In this document: one piece after another, positions 9,973 to 20,247 of the stretch
Layout: every line of letters starts with the position of its first letter
Numbering within the stretch: the stretch's first letter is position 1
NCBI GenBank assembly: GCA_040384865.1
Contig: JAZKIM010000006.1
Location: forward strand, 988-64,987
Length of the DNA: 64,000 bases
Reading direction: 5' to 3'
DNA from: Patescibacteria group bacterium
Lineage (GTDB): Bacteria; Patescibacteriota; Minisyncoccia; Phycocordibacterales; CAIZLB01
The notes under the pieces: model-generated
The model's database searches: none
What the model was told of the DNA's origin: nothing
What the model saw: only the letters and a program-made list of their open reading frames with translations
Program-made: the position numbers and the translations under genes

Positions 9973-10770
9973 CTATGAAATCAGCGAATAACGGCTCCAG
10001 CGTCGTTCACCCACCTTGTTAAGAATTCCTTGCTCTACAAGTACCAAAAGCTCTCGCTGAATAGTCTTTTCACTGCATCCCTTTATCACTCCCGTAAGGT
10101 CTTTTATGGACAATTCTCCCTTTGAGCGGATCACAGAAATGATGGCCTCCTGACGTTCTGATTTACGGTTACTTTTTTCTACCTTTCCCGCAGCTGGGCG
10201 CTGGCCTACAAGGCTTTGATGTATATGAGTATGATGTGACTTTGGTTTAAGGACAGATTGGTGTTGCACAGAAGAATTTTGACGATATCCAGACATAGGA
10301 GTTGGTGCCGGCAATTCGTCTTTAATGAAGTCGTCGCTTAGCACAAAATGCCGTCCTAACTTTTGAGGCAATTCACGGCTTTCAATTGTCCTTATGAAAT
10401 TCTCAAGCTCGCCCTTTATGATTCGATGATTCATGACCGATTCAATTCCAGTACGCGCGGCTATCTCAGAATATGAAATGACCGATAGTGCTTCGCGAAC
10501 GATATTATTAAGTAAGTCCTTTCGGTCAGGAGACAAGGTGGTATTAAGAGACAAGCTCATGTCTATAAGAGACAATACCGCGGAACGAATATTTGTCTTT
10601 AATGGTTCATTGTCCGAAAAGAAATCACTGATCATATAAACAGCAGCGGCTATCTTTTCCGCCTTCTTGTATATATAAAGGAAATAATCGTCCCCCTCAA
10701 AGATACTGATGTTCTTCTGATCTTCAGAGGCGGCGAATTCGTCCTTATGAATGTTTTTGTCTTTTTCCAT
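9973..10770 (-). CDS. Hypothetical regulator with C-terminal DeoR/winged-HTH-like domain
   Basis: 265 aa; C-terminal SIKDLTGVIKGCSEKTIQRELLVLVEQGILNKVGERRWSRYSL resembles a wHTH. Confidence 0.4.
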   Translation of the reverse strand: MEKDKNIHKDEFAASEDQKNISIFEGDDYFLYIYKKAEKIAAAVYMISDFFSDNEPLKTNIRSAVLSLIDMSLSLNTTLSPDRKDLLNNIVREALSVISYSEIAARTGIESVMNHRIIKGELENFIRTIESRELPQKLGRHFVLSDDFIKDELPAPTPMSGYRQNSSVQHQSVLKPKSHHTHIHQSLVGQRPAAGKVEKSNRKSERQEAIISVIRSKGELSIKDLTGVIKGCSEKTIQRELLVLVEQGILNKVGERRWSRYSLIS

Positions 10771-10932
10771 AGTGCTTGGCTTTAATCGAGATTAAGTAAA
10801 ATGACTTATAAAAAGTTTATGCAAACTTTGTCTGAAATAGATGTCCTTCAAAATTCCAAAAGGTCAGAGGTGGTTTCAATGCAATTATATATAAGACAAT
10901 ATTAAAAGCAACTTCTTTTTCTCAAGGAGGGC

Positions 10933-13245
10933 GTGATAAAATATTCCCATATGGCAAAGAAAGACCGAAAGAAATCATCAGAGACAACTACCACTAACCG
11001 AATTGTTTTTAAAGAACTACAGGACAGCACCATGCAAAGCGTATTCGGCATCCTCTTTTTAGTGGCTGCTGTCTTTTTCCTTTTAGCTTCTTTTCACAAA
11101 GGTGGAATTGTAGGGAATACTGTATATGAGTGGCTCAACACCTTACTAGGACTTGGCTATTACCTCCTCCCTGTTCTCCTATTCATGCTCTCAGTTTCTT
11201 TCTTTAGTGAAAAAGAGCGGCGCTTCCCTCTCTCAAAGACAATTGGATCCATAATGTTCTTTTTGTCCGGACTAGGAATATTCAGTCTCGTAAAGGTAGA
11301 CAGCGGCGGGGTTATTGGGAACCTCATTTCCAATCCCCTCGTTAAACTTTTTGAAATTACCAATAGCTATATTCTTCTTCTAGCCCTTCTCATCATCTCA
11401 ATATTAGTTATTTTCGATTCCGCCCTCAAGCTTCATCATGTCCTTTTCTGGAGAATGTTTAAAAAGGACATGGTTGAAGGAGACGCAGACATAGATGATG
11501 ATGTCCCAGAGATAATAGCTCCTGTCAGCCTTAAAAAGACAGAACCTCTAGAAGCTGAGGCTGAAGCACAAGGTATGATGGCTGCTATCAAGCGAAAACT
11601 TGCTGGAGAAGATAAAGGACAAAAGGACACAGAAGATCCTTTGCCTGTTCCAGCGGACGATATGATAAAGGTTTCAAAAAAAAGCATGCTGCTCGGGAAG
11701 AGCTTTGTCCCTCCACCTCTTTCGTTACTTGAAAACGACAAAGGCAAGCCTGGCGTCGGTGACATAAAAGCAAATGCAAACATCATCAAGCGAACCCTTC
11801 AAAACTTCGGCATCGATGTCGAAATGGATGAAATCTCAATCGGACCCTCAGTCACTCGATATGCATTAAAGCCAGCAGAAGGCGTCAAACTTTCTCGAAT
11901 TCTTGGACTTCAGAACAACCTTGCTCTTGCTCTTGCCGCCCACCCAATACGTATCGAGGCGCCAATTCCTGGTAAATCGCTTGTCGGTATTGAAATTCCC
12001 AACAGTGTTAAAACAACAGTTGGTCTTGGAACACTCCTGGCCCATGAAGACTTCCAGAAAAATGAAAAGCCACTGATGGTTGCTCTCGGTAAAGGAATCT
12101 CTGGCAAATCCTATTTTGAAAACCTCGCCAAGATGCCTCACATGCTTGTCGCTGGTGCCACAGGGTCTGGTAAGTCAGTTACAATCCACGCAATCATCAC
12201 CTCTCTCTTGTACAGAAATTCTCCTGATAATCTTCGCTTTATCATGGTAGATCCAAAGCGAGTAGAGCTTACCTTGTACGACAAGATTCCCCATCTCCTT
12301 ACACCTGTCATAAAGGATGCGAAGAAAGCTATTCTTTCACTCAAGTGGGCAGCAAAGGAAATGGATCGACGCTATGACATCCTTGAGAAAAATTCCGTAA
12401 GAGACATAGACTCTTACCATAAGACTATTCTTATGCCTGCTCTCGAAAAAGTGAAAGGACAAAAGGATAGCGGAGAAGAAGTCGAACTTCCGGACACCAT
12501 GCCATACATTGTCATCGTCATAGATGAATTGGCGGATATTATGCAGACATACCCTCGAGAACTTGAATCAGCTATTGTTCGCCTCGCACAAATGAGCCGA
12601 GCTGTAGGTATTCACCTCATCCTCTCGACACAACGTCCATCGGTTAACGTTATCACAGGTCTTATCAAAGCGAACGTACCGGCTCGTATCGCACTCCAAG
12701 TAGCATCACAGATTGACTCTCGAACTATTCTTGATACCCGAGGTGCTGAAGAGCTGCTTGGTGCTGGTGATATGCTTTTCTTCTCTGGCCAAATGTCTGC
12801 GCCTGTCCGAATCCAATCTGCCTTCATTACTGAAGGCGAAATAAAGAAAGTGGTTAAGTATCTAGTCGACAATTCTGACTCTCTCCCCCAAGAAATCGTT
12901 ATCACCGGAGAATCTGTCACCAACGGTAGCAGTGGCGTGAATGATCCTGTTTTCAACTCATCATTCGACGACATGGGCGATCCCGCCGAAGACGATGATC
13001 TTTATGTAGAGGCAAAAGATATTGTTATCAAAGCCGGCAAAGCCTCTACTTCATACATCCAACGAAAACTTCGAGTCGGCTATGCTAGAGCAGCACGCCT
13101 CATGGATATTCTTGAGGAGCGAGGAGTTATCGGACCATCTGACGGATCAAAGCCACGTGAAGTCATGGCAGAATACTTAGGAACAGCAACAGGGACGAAT
13201 AGTGGGGGAATAGAGATGCCAGATGATACCGCAGAAAAGTTTTAG
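10933..13245 (+). CDS. ftsK: DNA translocase FtsK/SpoIIIE
   Basis: 770 aa; N-terminal TM segments; Walker A GATGSGKS; C-terminal gamma wHTH (YIQRKLRVGYARAARLMD). Confidence 0.9.
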   Translation: MIKYSHMAKKDRKKSSETTTTNRIVFKELQDSTMQSVFGILFLVAAVFFLLASFHKGGIVGNTVYEWLNTLLGLGYYLLPVLLFMLSVSFFSEKERRFPLSKTIGSIMFFLSGLGIFSLVKVDSGGVIGNLISNPLVKLFEITNSYILLLALLIISILVIFDSALKLHHVLFWRMFKKDMVEGDADIDDDVPEIIAPVSLKKTEPLEAEAEAQGMMAAIKRKLAGEDKGQKDTEDPLPVPADDMIKVSKKSMLLGKSFVPPPLSLLENDKGKPGVGDIKANANIIKRTLQNFGIDVEMDEISIGPSVTRYALKPAEGVKLSRILGLQNNLALALAAHPIRIEAPIPGKSLVGIEIPNSVKTTVGLGTLLAHEDFQKNEKPLMVALGKGISGKSYFENLAKMPHMLVAGATGSGKSVTIHAIITSLLYRNSPDNLRFIMVDPKRVELTLYDKIPHLLTPVIKDAKKAILSLKWAAKEMDRRYDILEKNSVRDIDSYHKTILMPALEKVKGQKDSGEEVELPDTMPYIVIVIDELADIMQTYPRELESAIVRLAQMSRAVGIHLILSTQRPSVNVITGLIKANVPARIALQVASQIDSRTILDTRGAEELLGAGDMLFFSGQMSAPVRIQSAFITEGEIKKVVKYLVDNSDSLPQEIVITGESVTNGSSGVNDPVFNSSFDDMGDPAEDDDLYVEAKDIVIKAGKASTSYIQRKLRVGYARAARLMDILEERGVIGPSDGSKPREVMAEYLGTATGTNSGGIEMPDDTAEKF

Positions 13246-13278
13246 GGAATATTTATAGAAAATTAATCAACAATAACT

Positions 13279-13662
13279 ATGATACGAGTATACGAAGATG
13301 GAAAATTGATGGTTAGGGTTCTCATCACCATCCTCTTCGTATTTGTCATCATCGGTTACAGTATCTTCCAGGCACACAATATAGTAACCGGACCTGAAAT
13401 AGTCCTTAATTCTATAAGTTCTGGAGACATAGTCACAGATCAAGCGGTAAACATTGGTGGTGTTGCAAAGAACATCTCATTTATCAGCCTTGATGACCGG
13501 CCAATTTTTATAGACGAGAGTGGTCAGTTCAAGGAGAAATTGCTCCTCTACCCGGGCTATAATATAATCCGATTGTACGCACGGGATAAGTTCGGCACCG
13601 AGACCGAAAAGCAGATTGAACTCATTTATCAACCCCCTACTCAATTGGTCATCAATCAGTAG
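13279..13662 (+). CDS. Small membrane-anchored hypothetical protein
   Basis: 127 aa; single N-terminal TM. Confidence 0.35.
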   Translation: MIRVYEDGKLMVRVLITILFVFVIIGYSIFQAHNIVTGPEIVLNSISSGDIVTDQAVNIGGVAKNISFISLDDRPIFIDESGQFKEKLLLYPGYNIIRLYARDKFGTETEKQIELIYQPPTQLVINQ

Positions 13663-14793
13663 TTGAAAAAGTTTAAATATAAATTTATGGCAAAGAAGGC
13701 AAAACCGCAGAAACAAACAAAAACCCCCTCAAGTAGCGCAGCTGATGCTGCGGCAATAGAAGCTCAGGACGAGATCCAGACGGATGATTCTCCTAAAGGT
13801 AACACGAAGCAAGACGGTAAAGACATCGAGGATACGATTGCACAAATAAAAACCAAATTCGGTGATGACTCCATTATGAAACTCGGCGATAAGCCTAAGG
13901 TAAACATTGATGCAATCTCGACAGGGTCAATCGGCCTTGACGCAGCTCTTGGCGTGGGTGGTCTTCCCCGCGGACGAATTATTGAAATCTTTGGACCTGA
14001 ATCTTCAGGTAAAACAACCCTAGCTCTTCATGTAACAGCTGAGGCTCAAAAGAAAGGTGGCATATGTGCCTACATTGATGCCGAGCATGCAATGGATCCT
14101 GATTACGCCAAGAAACTTGGGGTGAAGATTGACCAACTTCTCATCTCTCAACCAGATACAGGTGAACAAGCTCTTGAAATCGTTGAGAGTCTCGTACGAT
14201 CTGGAAAGGTAGATGTCATCACCATCGACTCCGTAGCAGCGCTGACGCCCAAAGACGAGATTGAGGGTGACATGGGGGCTTCACACATGGGTAAACAGGC
14301 TCGTCTCATGTCACAAGCACTCCGAAAGCTTACTGGCATTGTTGCTAAAAGTAAGACTATCGTCATTTTCATCAACCAGATCCGTATGCAAATTGGTGTT
14401 ATGTTCGGTAACCCTGAAACCACTCCAGGTGGAAAGGCTCTCAAATTCTATACATCAGTACGTCTCGATATTCGTCGTATCGCCCAAATTAAGAAGGGCG
14501 AAGAAATCATGGGAGGCCGTTGTCGAGTGAAGGTGGTGAAGAACAAAGTGGCTGCCCCATTCAAGCAGACTGAATTCGATTTGATGTACAACGAAGGTAT
14601 TTCTCGAGAAGGTGAACTCATCGCTCTCGGTGAAAAGATGGGTATTATTACAAAGACGGGGGTATCATACAGCTATGGAGACACAAAGCTCGGCCGAGGC
14701 TATGATGCAACACGCCAGTTTCTCAAAGAAAACACCAAAGTAGCGAATGATGTTCTTAAAGATATTCGTTCAAAACTCAAAGAACAGCTTTAA
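13663..14793 (+). CDS. recA: Recombinase RecA with a Lys/Asp-rich N-terminal extension of about 50 aa
   Basis: 376 aa; GPESSGKTT Walker A; canonical RecA core begins around [17 protein letters not shown]. Confidence 0.95.
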   Translation: MKKFKYKFMAKKAKPQKQTKTPSSSAADAAAIEAQDEIQTDDSPKGNTKQDGKDIEDTIAQIKTKFGDDSIMKLGDKPKVNIDAISTGSIGLDAALGVGGLPRGRIIEIFGPESSGKTTLALHVTAEAQKKGGICAYIDAEHAMDPDYAKKLGVKIDQLLISQPDTGEQALEIVESLVRSGKVDVITIDSVAALTPKDEIEGDMGASHMGKQARLMSQALRKLTGIVAKSKTIVIFINQIRMQIGVMFGNPETTPGGKALKFYTSVRLDIRRIAQIKKGEEIMGGRCRVKVVKNKVAAPFKQTEFDLMYNEGISREGELIALGEKMGIITKTGVSYSYGDTKLGRGYDATRQFLKENTKVANDVLKDIRSKLKEQL

Positions 14794-14860
14794 TTTAAGA
14801 ATTCCGATGATGGCCAAATGCATAGACATATGGCCATTTTTGGTCTAGAATGACCCCACC

Positions 14861-15427
14861 ATGCTTGAATATAATGAAATAACACTCCGAAAATACATCA
14901 TTTTTGAAAATGAACCTTATGAGGTTCTCGACTCTCATGTATTCAGGAAACAGCAACGAAAGCCGGTTAATGCGACAAAACTTAGAAACCTTCTCAGCGG
15001 TCGCATTGTTGAACACTCTTTTCACGTCTCTGATAAGGTAGACGAGGCTGAAATCGATGCAAAGAAGGTAAAGTATCTTTATACAAATAAAGGAGAATGG
15101 TGGTTCTGCGAAGAAAACAACCCAGCTGAGCGATTCACTATTGCTGAAGCAATGCTTGGAAATGCAGCACGATTCCTCAAACCAAACTCAATCGTTGAAG
15201 CAAAAGTCTACGATGAAAAGATATTCGGCATCAACATGCCAGTAAAGGTTGACCTTAAAGTTACAGACGCTCCTCCAGCAGTTAAGGGTGACACCGCAAA
15301 GGGCGGCAACAAAGTTATTACTCTTGAAACAGGTGCAACAATCAACGCTCCCCTTTTCGTTGCTCCGGACGATATAGTGCGCATCAATACTGAAACCGGT
15401 GAATATGTAGAGCGAGTTGGGAAATAA
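14861..15427 (+). CDS. efp: Elongation factor P
   Basis: 188 aa; aligns to EF-P along its length; the modification loop reads FRKQQRKPVNA rather than KPGKGQA. Confidence 0.9.
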   Translation: MLEYNEITLRKYIIFENEPYEVLDSHVFRKQQRKPVNATKLRNLLSGRIVEHSFHVSDKVDEAEIDAKKVKYLYTNKGEWWFCEENNPAERFTIAEAMLGNAARFLKPNSIVEAKVYDEKIFGINMPVKVDLKVTDAPPAVKGDTAKGGNKVITLETGATINAPLFVAPDDIVRINTETGEYVERVGK

Positions 15428-15451
15428 GAAAAAAAGGTTTATTAAGCAAAA

Positions 15452-15492
15452 CATAAAAGCGTCACTCGGTACCGAGTGACGCTTTTATGTTT
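15452..15492. terminator. Bidirectional terminator between efp and rpsR (aaaagcgtcactcggtaccgagtgacgctttt)
   Basis: 12-bp perfect stem flanked by A/T runs on both strands. Confidence 0.75.
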
Positions 15493-15498
15493 TGCTTT

Positions 15499-15714
15499 TT
15501 ATGATGCTACATACGGAATGAGTGCCATGAATCGTGCTCGCTTTACTGCATTAGCCAACTTTCGTTGATTCTTTGCTGTAACGCCTGTTCGCTTTCGTGC
15601 CATCAATCGCGCGTGTGGATTGAGAAACTTCTTCAAGAGCTCAACTTCCTTATAATCGATATGTTGGATGTTGTTCTGTGAAAAGTAACACTGTTTTGTT
15701 GAACTGTTGTTCAT
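15499..15714 (-). CDS. rpsR: 30S ribosomal protein S18
   Basis: 71 aa; ARLMARKRTGV...VKRARFMALIPY. Confidence 0.9.
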   Translation of the reverse strand: MNNSSTKQCYFSQNNIQHIDYKEVELLKKFLNPHARLMARKRTGVTAKNQRKLANAVKRARFMALIPYVAS

Positions 15715-15766
15715 ATTGATAAATTTATTTATTGAATGTAATTATTGATCCTGAATCTTTTCAAGA

Positions 15767-16267
15767 TTAGAACGGAATGTCTTCTGGGTTGATCTCTTCT
15801 TCAGGGTATGAGATGGAGTCGAGCTGCTCGAGAGCATTCTTGCCACCCTTCTTCTCAGCACCCTCATCTTCCCCTACCGACTTCTTTGCTCCTGCTGGAG
15901 CAGATGTGCCGAACGAACTTCCTCCCGCAGATGCTCCACTTGGTCGATCACCAAACTGTACACGATCTGCTACTACTTCTGTTCGGTACTGTTTCTTACC
16001 ATCCTGTCCATCCCAGCTTCGAGTCTGCATTCGTCCTTCTACAAGAACTGAGCTTCCCTTCTTGAGGTATTGTGCAGCTGTTTCAGCCTGTCGGCCAAAG
16101 ACTACCACGTTATGATAATCAACAGCTTCCTGCTTAGCTCCGTTCTGGTCCTTCCAAACACGGTTTGTTGCTAATGCTAAACTTGTCACCTGAATTCCCG
16201 ACGGTAAAGCCTTCAACTCGGGATCCCGAGTGAGGTTGCCGATGATTATTGCTTTGTTTAGGTACAT
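15767..16267 (-). CDS. ssb: Single-stranded DNA-binding protein
   Basis: 166 aa; OB-fold; Gly-rich tail ending DIPF. Confidence 0.9.
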   Translation of the reverse strand: MYLNKAIIIGNLTRDPELKALPSGIQVTSLALATNRVWKDQNGAKQEAVDYHNVVVFGRQAETAAQYLKKGSSVLVEGRMQTRSWDGQDGKKQYRTEVVADRVQFGDRPSGASAGGSSFGTSAPAGAKKSVGEDEGAEKKGGKNALEQLDSISYPEEEINPEDIPF

Positions 16268-16285
16268 ATGTTTTTACGCTTCTAT

Positions 16286-16747
16286 TTATACCGCCAACTC
16301 TTCTAATTTCTTATCAAGTTGAGCTTCATTCACCACCCCTTCTGAATCTTCTTTTAACTTTCTGTCTTCTTTTGGTTCCACCAGAGTGCTTTCTTTTACC
16401 GTGCTGATTACGAGGTATCGTAGGATAGGTTCGAAGGCTTTCACCTCCTTTTCCAAATCACCGATCTGATCCGCCGCGAGAGTGAACTTAACCCATCCAA
16501 AGTACGCATTGTTATAGCGCTTCTTCAAGGCCTTTACTGTTTTCGAAATCTCGTATGACAACGGAATCATTTTCGGAAAATCTTCGGAAATGAACTCGCC
16601 TCCTCGTTTCTCAATCATCGATTTAAGATGAGAAAACTGGACAGGAACGTCGTCCTCGGCAATGGTTGGCACGAAATGAAAGCCAAGCTCATACACCTTT
16701 ACGTCGTTCTCCTGTTCTGTGTGGTCGATTTGCTGTTCTTTTGACAT
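16286..16747 (-). CDS. rpsF: 30S ribosomal protein S6 with acidic C-terminal extension
   Basis: 153 aa; YELGFHFVP core resembles S6; sits in the conserved rpsF-ssb-rpsR arrangement. Confidence 0.7.
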   Translation of the reverse strand: MSKEQQIDHTEQENDVKVYELGFHFVPTIAEDDVPVQFSHLKSMIEKRGGEFISEDFPKMIPLSYEISKTVKALKKRYNNAYFGWVKFTLAADQIGDLEKEVKAFEPILRYLVISTVKESTLVEPKEDRKLKEDSEGVVNEAQLDKKLEELAV

Positions 16748-16787
16748 GCGGAAAGGTTAACACGCCGTAGACTATAAAGCAAGATAC

Positions 16788-17651
16788 CTATTTGAGGCGA
16801 AACATCGAAAAAGCGTTGTCTACTAAGGCTTTTTTAACTATTTCAATATCAATCTTCTTTATATCAGCAATCTTCGCCGCTATTTCCCTAACATAGAGAG
16901 GCTCGTTTCTAGTACCTCTGAAGGGCACTGGTGTCACGTATGGACAGTCCGTTTCTACCATAATCCTATCGAGAGGAACCATTTCTACCAACTCCCTATA
17001 CTGCTTTGCAAAGGTGACAACCCCAGTGAACGACAGGGTAAATCCCCTTTCTAGAAACGCATTGGCTTCTTCCTTGGTACCAGCGAAGAAGTGTGCGTTT
17101 CCCCGTAATCTTCCCTTACTAGTGCTCAAATATTCATCAATTATTTCTAAAATTTCTTTGTAAGATTCACGGGCATGAATCATGATCGGCTTATCGAACT
17201 CGATAGCAAGTTCAATTTGCTCACGAAAAGCTTTTTTCTGTCGCTGAATCGCACCGGCAGCAAGATCAGCATGTTCAGGCAGTCGAAAAAGATCGAGACC
17301 ACACTCCCCGATACCAACGACGCGAGGATTTTTTAAAAGCTCACGATAGGCATTTTTATCAAAAACCTCCCCAGTTTCATATACTTTTGCTGGTTTCTCA
17401 GACTCATTTGGATCGACACGGGCAACAGAAAGTGGTGAGGTATGTATGGGATGAAGACCAATAATTGCGTAAACGCCTTCATCAGCTTTTTCTGCGAGCT
17501 CTACAACCTGTCTTGAAGTTTCCAAATGGGTTCCAACATTTATCATCCATACACCAGCTTCGTGGGCACGCTTAAGAACTTCAGTGCGGTCAGTATCGTA
17601 CGCGCCAAAGTTTACGTGGGCGTGTATGTCGATGTATTTTGGACGAGTCAT
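16788..17651 (-). CDS. tatD: TatD-family metal-dependent hydrolase (DNase)
   Basis: 287 aa; IDIHAHV..., His/Asp metal ligands in TIM-barrel pattern. Confidence 0.85.
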   Translation of the reverse strand: MTRPKYIDIHAHVNFGAYDTDRTEVLKRAHEAGVWMINVGTHLETSRQVVELAEKADEGVYAIIGLHPIHTSPLSVARVDPNESEKPAKVYETGEVFDKNAYRELLKNPRVVGIGECGLDLFRLPEHADLAAGAIQRQKKAFREQIELAIEFDKPIMIHARESYKEILEIIDEYLSTSKGRLRGNAHFFAGTKEEANAFLERGFTLSFTGVVTFAKQYRELVEMVPLDRIMVETDCPYVTPVPFRGTRNEPLYVREIAAKIADIKKIDIEIVKKALVDNAFSMFRLK

Positions 17652-17654
17652 TAT

Positions 17655-19106
17655 TTATTTCCTCAAAAACAACGCTTCTGTCGGCATCTTATTCTTCTTC
17701 ACTACAGCCTTAATCTTATCTGACGTTTCAGGCAGGATTGGATTGAGCATTCGACCGACGGTGTACAATCGGACAACAAGGCCTTTGATTATTTCAATCG
17801 CCTTTTCTTTGTCTTCCTTTATTAATTTGAAAGGTTGATTTTCTTGAATGAACAAATCCATGGCGCCAATTTCCGTCCAGATAATATCCGCGGCCTTATT
17901 GAGATCGAAGGATTCAAAAGCGTCTTTAAAATTCTGAGGAATGCTCTTTTTAGGAATGGCGACAGGCTCCGCGAGATTCATTTCAGCCATTTTCATAATT
18001 CGATTAGTGAGATTCCCCACTCCATTCGCAAGACCTGCGTTATACGATTCCTTAAAAATATCCATGGTCATTTCACCATCATCAAAAAGCGGAATGTGTC
18101 GAGCAACATAATATCGAAACGCGTCCTTCCCATATTCGTCAAGGAGTACCTTTGGGTCAATGGTATTACCGATACTTTTCGACATTTTTTTGCCGCCAGA
18201 CATAATAAGACCGTGAACGAGTATACGTTTTGGTAGTGGTAGGCCGGCCGACAACAGCATGCCCGGCCAGATAGCTGCATGGAATCGTAAGATGTCCTTA
18301 CCGAGTACATGAACGTCGGCCGGCCAAAACTTCTTAAACAACTCATCATTGCCAGTTCCATATCCAAGTGCAGAAATATAATTCACCAAAGCGTCGCACC
18401 ATACATAGATTATCTGCGAATCATCGCCAGGGACTGGGATGCCGCGGCCGAGAGTTTTAGCTGGTCTTGAAAAACTAACATCATCGAGGCCGCGACCAAG
18501 CTGTGCCAAAATTTCATTTTTTCTACTTACAGGCATCACCTCGAGTTCCCCCGTTTCAATAGCTTTTTTGATCCGCTCTGTATATTTTGAAAGTTTGAAA
18601 AAATAATTCTCTTCTTCAATAACCTGAGGCGGCTTGTGATGAAAAGGGCAATTACCGTCAACCAAATCTTTTTCCGTATAAAATGCTTCGCAATCCGGAC
18701 AATACAACCCCTTGTACGCAGACTTATATATATCCCCAACATCAACGAGCCTCTTCCAAACTGCCTGAGCGCCTGGCCAATGCACTTTCTGATCACTTGT
18801 TCGAATAAACTGATCATATGACGCTCCAATATCGGCAAATAGTTTCTTAAACTGATCTGTCATATCATCAAGGAACGGGCCAACCCCAACGCCGCGTGCC
18901 GCAGCTGTTTTTTCGATCTTCGCACTATTCTCGTCTGCCCCCGTCAAAAAGTATGTGTCCTCCTCCATCAGTCGATGATAGCGAGCAAATATATCGCACA
19001 CAACCATAGTATAGGCATGACCAATATGCAGTTCGCCATTAGGATAAAATATCGGACTTGTGATATAAAATTTCTTAGACATGTTTAGAATTATTTTCTG
19101 ATTCAA
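17655..19106 (-). CDS. metG: Methionyl-tRNA synthetase (short form)
   Basis: 483 aa; HIGHAYT and KMSKS motifs. Confidence 0.9.
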   Translation of the reverse strand: MNQKIILNMSKKFYITSPIFYPNGELHIGHAYTMVVCDIFARYHRLMEEDTYFLTGADENSAKIEKTAAARGVGVGPFLDDMTDQFKKLFADIGASYDQFIRTSDQKVHWPGAQAVWKRLVDVGDIYKSAYKGLYCPDCEAFYTEKDLVDGNCPFHHKPPQVIEEENYFFKLSKYTERIKKAIETGELEVMPVSRKNEILAQLGRGLDDVSFSRPAKTLGRGIPVPGDDSQIIYVWCDALVNYISALGYGTGNDELFKKFWPADVHVLGKDILRFHAAIWPGMLLSAGLPLPKRILVHGLIMSGGKKMSKSIGNTIDPKVLLDEYGKDAFRYYVARHIPLFDDGEMTMDIFKESYNAGLANGVGNLTNRIMKMAEMNLAEPVAIPKKSIPQNFKDAFESFDLNKAADIIWTEIGAMDLFIQENQPFKLIKEDKEKAIEIIKGLVVRLYTVGRMLNPILPETSDKIKAVVKKNKMPTEALFLRK

Positions 19107-19107
19107 T

Positions 19108-20184
19108 TTATCCTATAACTGACTTTTGCTGACCGATCCGTTTACGTTTCTCAAAGTCATCAAGGTATTCCATTAATGCTACTGAAATTGGCACAGCAAG
19201 CAAGGCCCCCACCAACCCAGCAAGCTCAGCACCAGCTACCAAGGCAATGATTACAAGGAGAGGTGGCACACCGATAATCTTATTTACAACCAACGGATAA
19301 ATGAGGTGCGCTTCAATTTGCTGAATGAAAAGATATATCGCGAGAACAAGCAACCCAAGTCCGAGCCCGCCATCGAGAAATGCAAGAAAAAATGCTGGTA
19401 TAACAGAGATTATAAGTCCGACAACAGGAATAAGCTCAAAGACGGCAGCAACAAAAGCAAGCAAAAATGGATGTGGCACCCCAAGTATCGATAAACCTAT
19501 ATACGTAAGTACGCCCACCAAAAGGCCCAGTAATATCTGCCCTTGCATCCATCGACCAATCTTATTTTGTGAACGTCTCCATAAGCCACGCACGTATGGC
19601 TCATATTCGATTGGTGTAATAATACCGAGAAACTCTCCAACACCATCTTCGCGCACAGAAAGATAGAATGACAAGACGATCACTAATATAAAACTAATAA
19701 CTCCTCCGAAGAAATTGCTAACTGTATCAAAAATACCACCAGAAAAGTTTGAGATAGCTCGAGTAATTTCCCCTGCCAAATCTCCGACTGAAATAACCTT
19801 AGGTAAGCCAGGAAACAACGTTTCAACGCCTGTAAACCACTGATCATGGAATGGTGCCAAGATATCGATGGTCTTTATATATTTTGGCAAACCATTGATT
19901 GCTTCAATGGTTTGTACAAAAAGCGGTGGTAATACAAAAGAAATAGTGCCGACAACAATGAGAGCAATAATTACATACATGAGAATGACCGCTAACATGC
20001 GTGGAACCTTTCTCCGAACAAACCATCTTGTCCCCGGCTCTATGACCGATGCTGTCACTATTGAAATGAGCAACACTAAAATCAAACCTCGTAGTTTGAA
20101 GGCAAGAAAAGCAGCAAGGCCGGCTACCACCAGCTTGAACATACTACCAAAGGTTATATTTATAGAAAGAGTGTTTTTATCCAT
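19108..20184 (-). CDS. AI-2E family transporter (UPF0118 permease)
   Basis: 358 aa; about 8 TM segments with typical AI-2E pattern. Confidence 0.75.
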   Translation of the reverse strand: MDKNTLSINITFGSMFKLVVAGLAAFLAFKLRGLILVLLISIVTASVIEPGTRWFVRRKVPRMLAVILMYVIIALIVVGTISFVLPPLFVQTIEAINGLPKYIKTIDILAPFHDQWFTGVETLFPGLPKVISVGDLAGEITRAISNFSGGIFDTVSNFFGGVISFILVIVLSFYLSVREDGVGEFLGIITPIEYEPYVRGLWRRSQNKIGRWMQGQILLGLLVGVLTYIGLSILGVPHPFLLAFVAAVFELIPVVGLIISVIPAFFLAFLDGGLGLGLLVLAIYLFIQQIEAHLIYPLVVNKIIGVPPLLVIIALVAGAELAGLVGALLAVPISVALMEYLDDFEKRKRIGQQKSVIG

Positions 20185-20247
20185 TACCCCTAGAATACCA
20201 CCGTCACTAAAAAATATCTAATTGAGACCCTCACCAAAGGAGGTAAC

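Noticed and set aside
10433-12974. Multiple antisense ORFs inside ftsK and the upstream regulator (for example 11436..11789, 12612..12974)
   Set aside because: They are embedded in the opposite strand of strongly supported genes and are low-complexity.
14795-15025. 76-aa minus-strand ORF overlapping the efp start
   Set aside because: It is antisense to a well-supported efp and has no recognisable features.
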